This document shows, piece after piece, positions 19,435 through 27,712 of a stretch of 64,000 bases of DNA. The DNA is from Candidatus Daviesbacteria bacterium RIFCSPHIGHO2_02_FULL_43_12. Its GTDB lineage: Bacteria > Patescibacteriota > Microgenomatia > Daviesbacterales > UBA10151. The stretch spans positions 3,684 to 67,683 of the forward strand of contig MFDD01000014.1 in assembly GCA_001776775.1 (NCBI GenBank), written 5' to 3'. Under the pieces are notes generated by a model. The model saw nothing but the letters and a program-made list of their open reading frames with translations. It made no database searches and was not told where the DNA came from. A program made the position numbers and the translations under genes. The stretch's first letter is position 1. Each line of letters opens with the position of its first letter.

Positions 19435-20451
19435 ATGACACTCACTGAAACTGCCCGCATAACAAAAATATCTATCTTGGCCTTAGCAATTCTAGTTGTA
19501 ATTGGAATTTCTGGATGGGCAAGTTTTCAGTTCTGGTATCACCGCTACTATCTACCCAGTCGGCCAGTCCAGGTCGAGGTTCCGGAGGTAAAATTTGGTG
19601 TATTACCTAGACCTCTTTTTCCAAAGAGCAATGTATCTTCCTCCAACTTTTCGTATTCTATCGACACAGAGACAGGCGAGCTTCCTACAAAAATTACTCA
19701 ACTAATGAAAGTGTACTTCATTCCCCAACTCGGAACTACCTTGCTTGCCCCTAACAAGGCCCGCATTCTGGCTGAGAGTCTAAACTTTAATACTAATCCC
19801 GAGGTAGTAAATTCTAGTACATACCAGTTTAAAAACGGGGACGGAGGAACTCTGCTGATAGATTTAAATAACAGCAACTTTACTATACGTTATCCGCAAG
19901 CTTCCAGTTCTGCCATCTTACAATCAGTACCACTCCCTGACGAAGACAGTCTGATTGATTATTTTCAGAACTTTCTAAAACAACGCGGACTTTTTAGTAA
20001 CTCTTTACAAAAAGGCACCCCTCTTGTCACCTATGACAAGTTTCCCCAAAAGACAAGCCTTGTTGCTACGGTAAGCATCATACCAGCAGACCTTGATGGA
20101 ACTAGGGTGGTGACTCCTTCTTTTAAAAACGGATTGGTGCAGGCAACCATTACTCAAAACAAAGACTCTCTTAAACTCCTGGACGTGATTTTTACCATCT
20201 GGGAACCAGATAACCAGAATACTTCAACTTATCCTCTGAAGACAATCCAGACAGCTTTCGATGAACTAAAAGCCGGAAAAGGAACAGTCATTGTTGAACC
20301 ACCTAAACCAAGAGTTTCTTTGGCAACGGTTTATCTGGCCTACTTTGAAGCGAATGAATATGCTCAGTATATTCAACCAGTCTATGTCTTTGAAGGTGAA
20401 GAGTTTGTGGCATATGTGCCCGCAATCACTGATCAATACCTAGAAAAATAA
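19435..20451 (+). CDS. Membrane-anchored conserved hypothetical protein
   Basis: N-terminal TM; C-terminal YLAY..QPVYVF...AYVPA. Confidence 0.7.
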   Translation: MTLTETARITKISILALAILVVIGISGWASFQFWYHRYYLPSRPVQVEVPEVKFGVLPRPLFPKSNVSSSNFSYSIDTETGELPTKITQLMKVYFIPQLGTTLLAPNKARILAESLNFNTNPEVVNSSTYQFKNGDGGTLLIDLNNSNFTIRYPQASSSAILQSVPLPDEDSLIDYFQNFLKQRGLFSNSLQKGTPLVTYDKFPQKTSLVATVSIIPADLDGTRVVTPSFKNGLVQATITQNKDSLKLLDVIFTIWEPDNQNTSTYPLKTIQTAFDELKAGKGTVIVEPPKPRVSLATVYLAYFEANEYAQYIQPVYVFEGEEFVAYVPAITDQYLEK

Positions 20452-20463
20452 CGGAAATAAGAT

Positions 20464-21453
20464 CTACTGGTAAATTTTCTCCCATTTATAATTTGCATAA
20501 ACCCAATCCATCAGTCTTTTTGTCTCCCCAAAACGATCTCGGCTATTTAAGACAACTGTAATAACTTTATGCTCAGATCTTTCTACCAGCCCCACAAAAT
20601 TTTCACCAGCCTTTTCGGTGGAACCGGTTTTAATACCGAGTACACCATCAGCTGAAAGCAGTTCATTTAAGTTCTTGAGGCTATGTAGATATGATTTATC
20701 CCAAGCAGAGACAAATGTCTCTTTTGTTGCCACTACCTTAGCCAGCTGGGGATTTTCTACAGCTAGTTTGGCAATTATTGCCAAATCATAAGCGCTACTG
20801 AAGTGATTATCCGAATCAAAACCTGCGGGATTATCAAAATGAGTATCAGCTAGCTTCATTTCCGAAACCTTACTATTCATCGCCGCTACAAAGGCAGGTA
20901 AACCTCCGGGAAAGTTGCTGGCGATCGTAAAAGCTGCATCGTTTCCAGAATTCAGTAACATCCCATAAAGCAAGCTTCTAAAGGATAGCTTCTCACCTAT
21001 TTTCAGACCCATATTAGAGCCACCAACATTATCTATCGGATAAACTGTCAGGACGTCTGCTGGCCTAAAATAATTTGTGGCGATTATTCCGGTCATAATT
21101 TTGGTAGTTGAGGCCGGAGCTAACCTTTCATGAATATTTTCTTCGAAAAGGATCTGTCCTGTCTCTACATCCATCGCCAAAACGGATTGAGATTGAAAAA
21201 CAGGAGCAGGAATTTTCTGATCAGTTATCTGCAGTTTTAACTGTCTGGTCTCTCCTAATATATCTGCTGTCAGCTGAGATTGGTTAGCACCATACGCAGT
21301 AACTGCGATTAGATCCCTCTCGGTTAAACGGATTAATTTAGGAAATGCCACTAGCCCTAAAGTAGTTAATCCAAAAATAGCCAATAGAAAAATAGATAAA
21401 AGAAAAACCCTCATATAAGTTTTGGCTAAGAACAGTTGTATTTTTTTACGCAT
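20464..21453 (-). CDS. D-alanyl-D-alanine carboxypeptidase (peptidase S11)
   Basis: PASTTK (SxxK), SGN (SxN), KTG. Confidence 0.92.
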   Translation of the reverse strand: MRKKIQLFLAKTYMRVFLLSIFLLAIFGLTTLGLVAFPKLIRLTERDLIAVTAYGANQSQLTADILGETRQLKLQITDQKIPAPVFQSQSVLAMDVETGQILFEENIHERLAPASTTKIMTGIIATNYFRPADVLTVYPIDNVGGSNMGLKIGEKLSFRSLLYGMLLNSGNDAAFTIASNFPGGLPAFVAAMNSKVSEMKLADTHFDNPAGFDSDNHFSSAYDLAIIAKLAVENPQLAKVVATKETFVSAWDKSYLHSLKNLNELLSADGVLGIKTGSTEKAGENFVGLVERSEHKVITVVLNSRDRFGETKRLMDWVYANYKWEKIYQ

Positions 21454-21496
21454 AAAAGTATTCTCTCAGAAAAGGACGGTTTCGCCAAGCAGAAAC

Positions 21497-22882
21497 TTAA
21501 GATGACTTTTTGGGTTTAAGAGTTAACCCGAGCTCATCAAGCTGCTCAGGCTCAGCCGGAGTTGGAGCATTCATAACCGCTGTCACCCCTGTTGAAGAAG
21601 CTGGGAAGGCAATCACTTCCCGGATAGTTGTTTCATGACATAAGATAGCTACCAGTCTATCCAAGCCCCAAGCGATACCTCCATGTGGAGGAGTTCCAAA
21701 AGAAAAAGCTTTAAGCATATGTCCAAAATTTTTGGAAATATCCTCTTTACTAAATCCCATTATCTCAAAGACCTTTTCGAGATCCTCGGCTTTGTGATTT
21801 CGGATACTACCTCCGCCTATTTCAAATCCATTGAGAACCACATCGTATTGAGTGGTCAGAATTTGATCAATATTTTCGCCCCTTTCTAGCCATTCTTGAT
21901 GTTCTGGTTTGGCAGCAGAGAACGGATTATGAGTAAAGGTCCAACCTCCAGAATCGGCTTTTTCAAAGAAAGGAAAGTCCGTTACCCAGCAAAAAGCTAA
22001 AAGATTTGGGTCCTTCTTATCAGTGCGGATATCCGGCCTATCTGTACCGTACTTTTGCATCGCTTCTTTATAAGATATTCTCGGGAAGGGAATTTCTTGA
22101 ATCTTTTTTTCTGGACAAAGTTTTTCTACCAAACTAATTAATAATTTTTCATTCAAGGCCATCACGTCTTCTTGCTCCACAAAGGATAGCTCCATGTCCA
22201 ACTGAGTAAACTCTAGCTGCCTGTCCTTACGAGTATCTTCGTCTCGGAAACAGCGAGCTATTTGAAAATATCTCTCGAACCCCGCAACCATTAGTAGTTG
22301 TTTGTACTGCTGAGGGCTTTGCGGAAGGGCATAAAAATTACCGCTATGCATTCTGGAAGGGACCAAGAAGTCTCTCGCTCCCTCGGGTGTAGCTTTGGTT
22401 AAAATAGGTGTTTCTATTTCTATAAATTCATCGTCTGTTAGCCAGTTGCGTAGAAAAGAAATTATTTTGTGTCTTTGGCGAATATTACTTGTGAGTCTGT
22501 TTCGGCGAAGATCTAAATAGCGATACTCAAGTCTTGTTTCTTCTCCAATATCATAGCCTTCTCCTTCGAGAGGAAATGGAGATGTTTGAGAAGGGGAGAC
22601 TAGCTCAACTTTTTGGGCAGAAAGTTCTATTTCCCCGGTGGGAATATTTGGATTAATTAATTTTTCCGGACGTTTATTTATTTGTCCGGTGATTTTGACC
22701 ACACTTTCTGGGGTAATCCCTTGTAACATCTCACCGGTTACAAAAATTTGGATGAATCCTGACCTATCTCGCAGATCAATAAAGCCGATCTTGCCGTGAC
22801 TACGAATAGTCTGCACCCAACCCAAAAGAGTTGCTTGCTGACCTACTTTTTGCAGACAATCAAGGGCGAGAGTACGCTCCAT
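21497..22882 (-). CDS. aspS: Aspartate--tRNA ligase, short form (GAD domain largely absent), probably non-discriminating
   Basis: RSHG in OB fold, EGARDF, LPQSPQ, FRDED, PPHGGIAWGLDR. Confidence 0.95.
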   Translation of the reverse strand: MERTLALDCLQKVGQQATLLGWVQTIRSHGKIGFIDLRDRSGFIQIFVTGEMLQGITPESVVKITGQINKRPEKLINPNIPTGEIELSAQKVELVSPSQTSPFPLEGEGYDIGEETRLEYRYLDLRRNRLTSNIRQRHKIISFLRNWLTDDEFIEIETPILTKATPEGARDFLVPSRMHSGNFYALPQSPQQYKQLLMVAGFERYFQIARCFRDEDTRKDRQLEFTQLDMELSFVEQEDVMALNEKLLISLVEKLCPEKKIQEIPFPRISYKEAMQKYGTDRPDIRTDKKDPNLLAFCWVTDFPFFEKADSGGWTFTHNPFSAAKPEHQEWLERGENIDQILTTQYDVVLNGFEIGGGSIRNHKAEDLEKVFEIMGFSKEDISKNFGHMLKAFSFGTPPHGGIAWGLDRLVAILCHETTIREVIAFPASSTGVTAVMNAPTPAEPEQLDELGLTLKPKKSS

Positions 22883-22886
22883 AAAA

Positions 22887-23804
22887 TTATTTTGGATTAA
22901 CTTTCGTTACCCAATCCGAGTATTTTTCCAATTCACCGTGTACCAATTTATAAAATAGATCTTTTAATTTTGTCCCTACTTCTCTACTCTCACCCAAAGG
23001 CCGATGGTCAATCTCGGCAATGGGAGTTACTTCTGCGGCAGTGCCAGTCAAAAAAGCTTCATCAGCACTATATATTTCAGAGCGGTCTATGCTTCTTTCT
23101 ATAGCCTGTAGCCCCAGCTCTTTGGTGCAAAGCTTAATCACCGTATCCCTGGTTATACCGACTAAAGTATCGTCTGAGACGGGAGGTGTAATAACCACGC
23201 CATCTTTAATCATAAAAATATTTGATGAGCTACTTTCCACAACATGTCCTCTGTCGTCTAGTACCAGCGCGTCATCATATCCATTTAGCTGAGCTTCTGT
23301 TTTTGTTAAACAGGTATTAATGTAAGCTCCTGTAATTTTACCTCGAGGTGGTATAGCATTATCCGATACTCTTCTCCATGAGCTAATACCCAATCTTACC
23401 CCTTTTTCAGAGTCCAAATACTTACCCATCGGGACATTATACATAATGATACTATCTTGCAGAGTTGGTAGTTTAAAGTTGCCAACAGCCGGGTCGGATT
23501 TGAAAGCTAGGGGTCGAACATACATATCTGTTTCGGTGAAATTTCTTTGCAATAGTTCAACTACAAAACCGCACATCTCATCTACTGTATAGGGAATATC
23601 AATAAAAACAATTTTGGCTGATTGTTTCATTCTTTTAAAATGATCTTCCAGCCGAAAGGCGAAAAAGCACTTATCTTTCTCGCTATAATAAGCTCTAATC
23701 CCTTCAAAAACGCCCGTTCCATAATGCAGGGCATGCGCAGTTACCGGAATAACCGCTTTGGCTTCTGGTACAAATTTTCCATTTACAAAAAAGGTCCTAG
23801 TCAT
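22887..23804 (-). CDS. ilvE: Branched-chain amino acid aminotransferase (PLP class IV)
   Basis: ALHYGTGVFEGIRAY, GKITGAY, GITRD, TGTAAE; ATG at 23804 after GGAGG. Confidence 0.93.
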   Translation of the reverse strand: MTRTFFVNGKFVPEAKAVIPVTAHALHYGTGVFEGIRAYYSEKDKCFFAFRLEDHFKRMKQSAKIVFIDIPYTVDEMCGFVVELLQRNFTETDMYVRPLAFKSDPAVGNFKLPTLQDSIIMYNVPMGKYLDSEKGVRLGISSWRRVSDNAIPPRGKITGAYINTCLTKTEAQLNGYDDALVLDDRGHVVESSSSNIFMIKDGVVITPPVSDDTLVGITRDTVIKLCTKELGLQAIERSIDRSEIYSADEAFLTGTAAEVTPIAEIDHRPLGESREVGTKLKDLFYKLVHGELEKYSDWVTKVNPK

Positions 23805-24078
23805 GTTTTGCACCCTCCTGTTCCTCTATTGTATAAGCAATACTAAAAAAAGTCATCCAGATCTTTGCAATAATCTCTTTGGTTAAGCCAAGGGCTTTTC
23901 CTTGGACAGCCAAGCTATCTATTCTTTCCTGCTCGCGAGCTGGATCTTTAATCGGTTTACCTACCAACTTTTTATATTCCCCAACTTTTTTCACCACTTC
24001 AATCCTTTGACTAATTAAGTCTAATAATTTGGCGTCTATTTGATCAATCGCTTTTCTCAGTTGATTTAAGTCTTCCAT
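23797..24078 (-). CDS. Chorismate mutase (AroQ type)
   Basis: LRKAIDQID...R, K, DPARE. Confidence 0.9.
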   Translation of the reverse strand: MEDLNQLRKAIDQIDAKLLDLISQRIEVVKKVGEYKKLVGKPIKDPAREQERIDSLAVQGKALGLTKEIIAKIWMTFFSIAYTIEEQEGAKHD

Positions 24079-24833
24079 TAAATCCCTCTTAGTGCAGTTA
24101 CTAAACCTGCATCTGGATTTGTAGTATATCTTGCTTGAAAGTTTAGAGCAAGATAATCCTGCTCAGAAGGCGGGAGCTGCACTCCTACAGCTCGGAATCT
24201 TTCTATACCTCTACCAAAGTTTGGATTAAGCATCACTCCCCTCCTTGTGAGCTCAGTCACACCCCTCCATGAGTCATTTAAAAAGCTTAACCCTGATCGC
24301 AGAATCTGACCATAAGCTACTACCTTGTATGCGCCTTGTTCAGTCTGTTGTGCCAAAAAAATATCCACTCCGGTGATTTTAGTCAGCCCATCAGAAAGAG
24401 GCTTATTCGTTGGAACATATAAGGCCTCCAATGCTCTAAGTAGTCCTCTAGTTGGTTCGGTTGTTGCAGTCAGGGCCTGTCTAACTTTTGAATGCCTTAA
24501 AGTATGTTCTCCTAGTTGGCTTAGATGAGCTATGGCATCACTTTGCCCTTCCAAAGCTCGGGTCACTAAACTATCTAAGAATCCTGTTAGGATTAACTGA
24601 TTTTCCGGAGAGCACTGAAACCCAACACAGGCTGCTGGTTGACCTTTTCCATGAACGGTACATATAGCTCCCTCCCTTTCCATTTTCAACAAAGGACATG
24701 CTACATTTGCTGATTTATCTATCTCGTAGATCGTTAATAATTTGCAACAAAGTCCACAGTCGCAATCTCCCCCATGAATTGTTTGGCTTGATCTTTCTTG
24801 TGCAGCGCTATTTAACATTTTATACTCCTCCAA
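24078..24833 (-). CDS. Hypothetical protein with N-terminal YkgJ-like cysteine cluster
   Basis: CDCGLCC...CPLL...CTVH...PAACVGFQC; translationally coupled to neighbours. Confidence 0.6.
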   Translation of the reverse strand: MEEYKMLNSAAQERSSQTIHGGDCDCGLCCKLLTIYEIDKSANVACPLLKMEREGAICTVHGKGQPAACVGFQCSPENQLILTGFLDSLVTRALEGQSDAIAHLSQLGEHTLRHSKVRQALTATTEPTRGLLRALEALYVPTNKPLSDGLTKITGVDIFLAQQTEQGAYKVVAYGQILRSGLSFLNDSWRGVTELTRRGVMLNPNFGRGIERFRAVGVQLPPSEQDYLALNFQARYTTNPDAGLVTALRGI

Positions 24834-26451
24834 TCACTTTGATTACTGGACAATATTGTTTAAGAATATTTAGTGCTTGATCCATCCGTTCATCGTTAGT
24901 AGAAACTTCTACTTCAATGAAGAAGTGGTAATCCCAAACTTTTTCTCTGCTCGGCCGGGATTCAATTTTAGATAAATTAATATTGCTGCTGGCAAAAACA
25001 TTGAGAATATCTCGTAAAATACCTACCCTATTAAATACTGTTAAAAAAAGCAGTGTCCGGGAAGTGGGGATAGATAATTTATTAATATCCTTGGAGATAA
25101 CATAAAACTTTGTAACGTTACTTTTATTATCCTCAATACCTTTTCGCAAAACAGGAATATTATTTAACTTGGCAGCAAGTAGTGGACTTATAAAGGCTAC
25201 GCCTAGCTCATTTCTGTGCTCTTTGATACTAGAAACAGTACTAGAGGCAGTCTCCATGTTGACATTTGGTAAATGTTCCCTGAGCCAGTTTCTACATTGA
25301 GCCAAAGCCTGGGGATGAGAATATACTTTAGTAATATTTTTTAGAGATTTTTCTTCGGAAAGTAAGTTTTGTTGAATCGGTAAGTTCAGCGAACCATTTG
25401 TTCTCATATCAAAATCTATCAAAAAGTCCAGCGTTTCTCTGACGGTTCCTTCGGTGGAATTCTCTGCCGGAACTATTCCAAAATCGGCTTGTAAACTTTT
25501 GACTGCTTCAAAGATTTTTAAGAAATTCTCACAAGGGAGAAGCTGGCTCTCTTTGGCAACAGTTAAGGAAATCTGATGAGAGAATGTTCCCTGGGGACCA
25601 AGGTAAGCTATTTTTCCTTTGAGTTTCTGGGGTAGGTCTTTTTGTTTTATGCTTGTCGCTTGTTGCTTGTTGCTTGTTCCTTTAGGAGTCGAGTCGATAC
25701 TCCTATGAATTTTTTCAATTAATTTATGAAGTTTTTCTCTATCACCATTTTTTAGTTCCTGAAGAAACTCTTGCTGAGTTTTGATGAAATCATTTAGTAC
25801 AGATAGCCCTTCACTATTTCCCAATTGAATTTCTGTCAATAGCTCTGGTGGTTGCGAAATTACTCGACTAAGGGTAGCCATTTGCGCGAGGAAAGGTGGG
25901 GTAGAAACTTTTCCCCCCAAGTCTATTTTATTTTTCAGTAAAACCTTGGCTAAGTTTAGATTTACAAAATGAGTTAGATTTTGCAGGTGAGCCATATATA
26001 GATCATGACTTTTTGACGACATTTCAATAATTTCGGCTCCAGCATTTTTAAGCACCACTTTAAGTTTGTCCAGTAGAGTGCTTTTTTTAATAACACTTAA
26101 AACAACTTTTTGGTTTTGGATGGACGATACTGTTGGACCAAAAAGTAAATGTAAACCTGCTGCGGGTTGGGGTATTTGCGATAGGGTTTTTGCGACTGCC
26201 TGTTGAACAGAAGAAAGATCAACAATTAAAGTATTTCTTTTAGCTCTTTTAGAAATATCCAAAATTACATCTTTGGCTTTGGAAATAGGGACCGAGACAA
26301 AAATAATCTCACTAGATTTTAGAGTACTATCTTCAACACCTTTAGAACCACTGACACTAACCAAAACCCTTTGGCTTTCTAAAAAGTTTCTTAGCCAATT
26401 CCCCATCTGTCCAGTCCCTCCAATAATATGTACTTTTAGATTTCTATTCAT
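24820..26451 (-). CDS. Fused prephenate dehydrogenase - prephenate dehydratase - ACT
   Basis: GGTGQMG, DLSSV, HLLFGP, HD..MA.LQ.LTH; then YLGPQGTFS, ENSTEG, SHPQALAQC, IESRP. Confidence 0.9.
   Translation of the reverse strand: MNRNLKVHIIGGTGQMGNWLRNFLESQRVLVSVSGSKGVEDSTLKSSEIIFVSVPISKAKDVILDISKRAKRNTLIVDLSSVQQAVAKTLSQIPQPAAGLHLLFGPTVSSIQNQKVVLSVIKKSTLLDKLKVVLKNAGAEIIEMSSKSHDLYMAHLQNLTHFVNLNLAKVLLKNKIDLGGKVSTPPFLAQMATLSRVISQPPELLTEIQLGNSEGLSVLNDFIKTQQEFLQELKNGDREKLHKLIEKIHRSIDSTPKGTSNKQQATSIKQKDLPQKLKGKIAYLGPQGTFSHQISLTVAKESQLLPCENFLKIFEAVKSLQADFGIVPAENSTEGTVRETLDFLIDFDMRTNGSLNLPIQQNLLSEEKSLKNITKVYSHPQALAQCRNWLREHLPNVNMETASSTVSSIKEHRNELGVAFISPLLAAKLNNIPVLRKGIEDNKSNVTKFYVISKDINKLSIPTSRTLLFLTVFNRVGILRDILNVFASSNINLSKIESRPSREKVWDYHFFIEVEVSTNDERMDQALNILKQYCPVIKVIGGV
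25651..25678. repeat. Heptamer array GCTTGTY x4 within the PDH-PDT linker
   Basis: gcttgtc gcttgtt gcttgtt gcttgtt, encoding TSNKQQATS. Confidence 0.75.
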
Positions 26452-26939
26452 TTTATTCTTTCTCGGCTAGCTCCTATTCCTCTTGAAAACCTGCTACATC
26501 TAACTTCTAAAAGATTGCTTTTATTTATCCTAAAGGATCCTCTTCTGGCACTGGGATCTATCGGTACCAAATAATCATGTCCATGCGGAGTATTCCCTTC
26601 TTCTTGTCCGAAGAGTGTTAACGCTTCTTGAACAGCTCTCTTTGCATCGCTGATCTGTTTTGCTAATGGGACATCTGCTGTATTCTGTATTAAAGGTGCT
26701 AATGGATCCATTTGAACAAGAGCAAAATATTGTCCATCTATTTTCATGATCCTTACACCTATCACTAAATCAGACGGAAGTCTCATTAGTCTTCCTGACC
26801 CATGGTAGCCTATCGGATCTCCAACTCGAAGACATTGCGCCGGAGCAAGATCTTTAAGAAATTGAAAGACAGATAATTTTTCACCCGTCCTTTTAGATGC
26901 TTTTCCTTCTCTGACTGTTCTATGAATTAAAATTTCCAT
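26448..26939 (-). CDS. Hypothetical protein, first gene of the attenuated aromatic operon
   Basis: 163-aa ORF, ATGA overlap with next gene. Confidence 0.65.
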   Translation of the reverse strand: MEILIHRTVREGKASKRTGEKLSVFQFLKDLAPAQCLRVGDPIGYHGSGRLMRLPSDLVIGVRIMKIDGQYFALVQMDPLAPLIQNTADVPLAKQISDAKRAVQEALTLFGQEEGNTPHGHDYLVPIDPSARRGSFRINKSNLLEVRCSRFSRGIGASRERIK

Positions 26940-26950
26940 ATTTTTCCAAT

Positions 26951-26972
26951 AAAAAACCCCGCATCTGCGGGG
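26951..26972 (-). terminator. Attenuator terminator of the aromatic amino acid operon
   Basis: CCCCGC-AGAT-GCGGGG-TTTTTT on the minus strand. Confidence 0.88.
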
Positions 26973-27001
26973 CCTCTTTGAGTCTTGGTCTTTTTAAAAG
27001 A

Positions 27002-27073
27002 CTACGACAGATGCCCCTCCTTTCGGAAGTTAAAGTTAAAGTAAAACCAAAAATTATTTACAATCTGTTTCAT
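27002..27073 (-). CDS. Aromatic-rich attenuator leader peptide MKQIVNNFWFYFNFNFRKEGHLS
   Basis: 23-aa ORF with 5 Phe, 1 Trp and 1 Tyr in 9 codons, between promoter and terminator. Confidence 0.85.
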   Translation of the reverse strand: MKQIVNNFWFYFNFNFRKEGHLS

Positions 27074-27084
27074 AACTAAAGTGT

Positions 27085-27113
27085 AGCTTAGCAAATAAAG
27101 GATTATATGTCAA
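27085..27113 (-). promoter_or_regulatory. Sigma70 promoter of the aromatic leader
   Basis: TTGACA-17 bp-TAAGCT. Confidence 0.65.
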
Positions 27114-27160
27114 ATAATACAGCATTCAAATAACTTGGCTTGCGTTGTATAATCAGTATA

Positions 27161-27532
27161 ATGAAATTCATTAATAGCTCGAAAGCTCCAGCAGTTGTAG
27201 GACCATATTCCCATGCTATAGTTAGCAATGGAATGGTTTACCTTTCTGGGTCGATAGGAGTAGATCCACAAACTGGAGATTTGGCAGAAGGAATAGAGAA
27301 TCAAACGAAACAGGTATTAGCCAATTTAAAAGCAGTCTTGAAAGATGCAGGGAGTTCTGTAGATAAAATTGTTTCAGCAAATTGCTATTTGCAAAGCATG
27401 GAAGATTATGCAAAGTTTAACCATGTATATGGTGAATTTTTCGGAAATCACAAACCCGCTCGAACAACGATTGAAGTAGCAGCATTACCAAGAAAAGCGC
27501 TTGTCGAAATATCTTTTATCGCCGAGATTTAA
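27161..27532 (+). CDS. ridA: RidA/YjgF reactive intermediate deaminase
   Basis: GPYSHA, SGSIG, PARTTIEVAALP, VEI. Confidence 0.92.
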   Translation: MKFINSSKAPAVVGPYSHAIVSNGMVYLSGSIGVDPQTGDLAEGIENQTKQVLANLKAVLKDAGSSVDKIVSANCYLQSMEDYAKFNHVYGEFFGNHKPARTTIEVAALPRKALVEISFIAEI

Positions 27533-27539
27533 CTAATAT

Positions 27540-27568
27540 TTGACAAATTTAATCGCTTTGCTTAAAAT
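27540..27568 (+). promoter_or_regulatory. Sigma70 promoter of the Leu/Ile leader
   Basis: TTGACA-17 bp-TAAAAT, 7 nt before the leader ATG. Confidence 0.75.
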
Positions 27569-27575
27569 ACATTTT

Positions 27576-27650
27576 ATGTTTAGAAAGATTTTAAATCTTA
27601 ACCTCATTATAGAGCTCCTTAGCAGGAGCAAATCAGGGAGGTTTGTTTAA
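27576..27650 (+). CDS. Leu/Ile-rich attenuator leader peptide MFRKILNLNLIIELLSRSKSGRFV
   Basis: 24-aa ORF with 5 Leu and 3 Ile in 11 codons; its 3' end GGGAGGTT is complementary to the terminator 5' arm. Confidence 0.75.
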   Translation: MFRKILNLNLIIELLSRSKSGRFV

Positions 27651-27679
27651 GTATTTTTAAAAATACTTAAGAAAGGAAT

Positions 27680-27704
27680 AACCTCCCACTCGGGAGGTTT
27701 TTTT
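27680..27704 (+). terminator. Attenuator terminator upstream of the ATP-grasp gene
   Basis: AACCTCCC-ACTC-GGGAGGTT-TTTTT, 8 nt before ATG 27713. Confidence 0.88.
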
Positions 27705-27712
27705 ATACCAAA

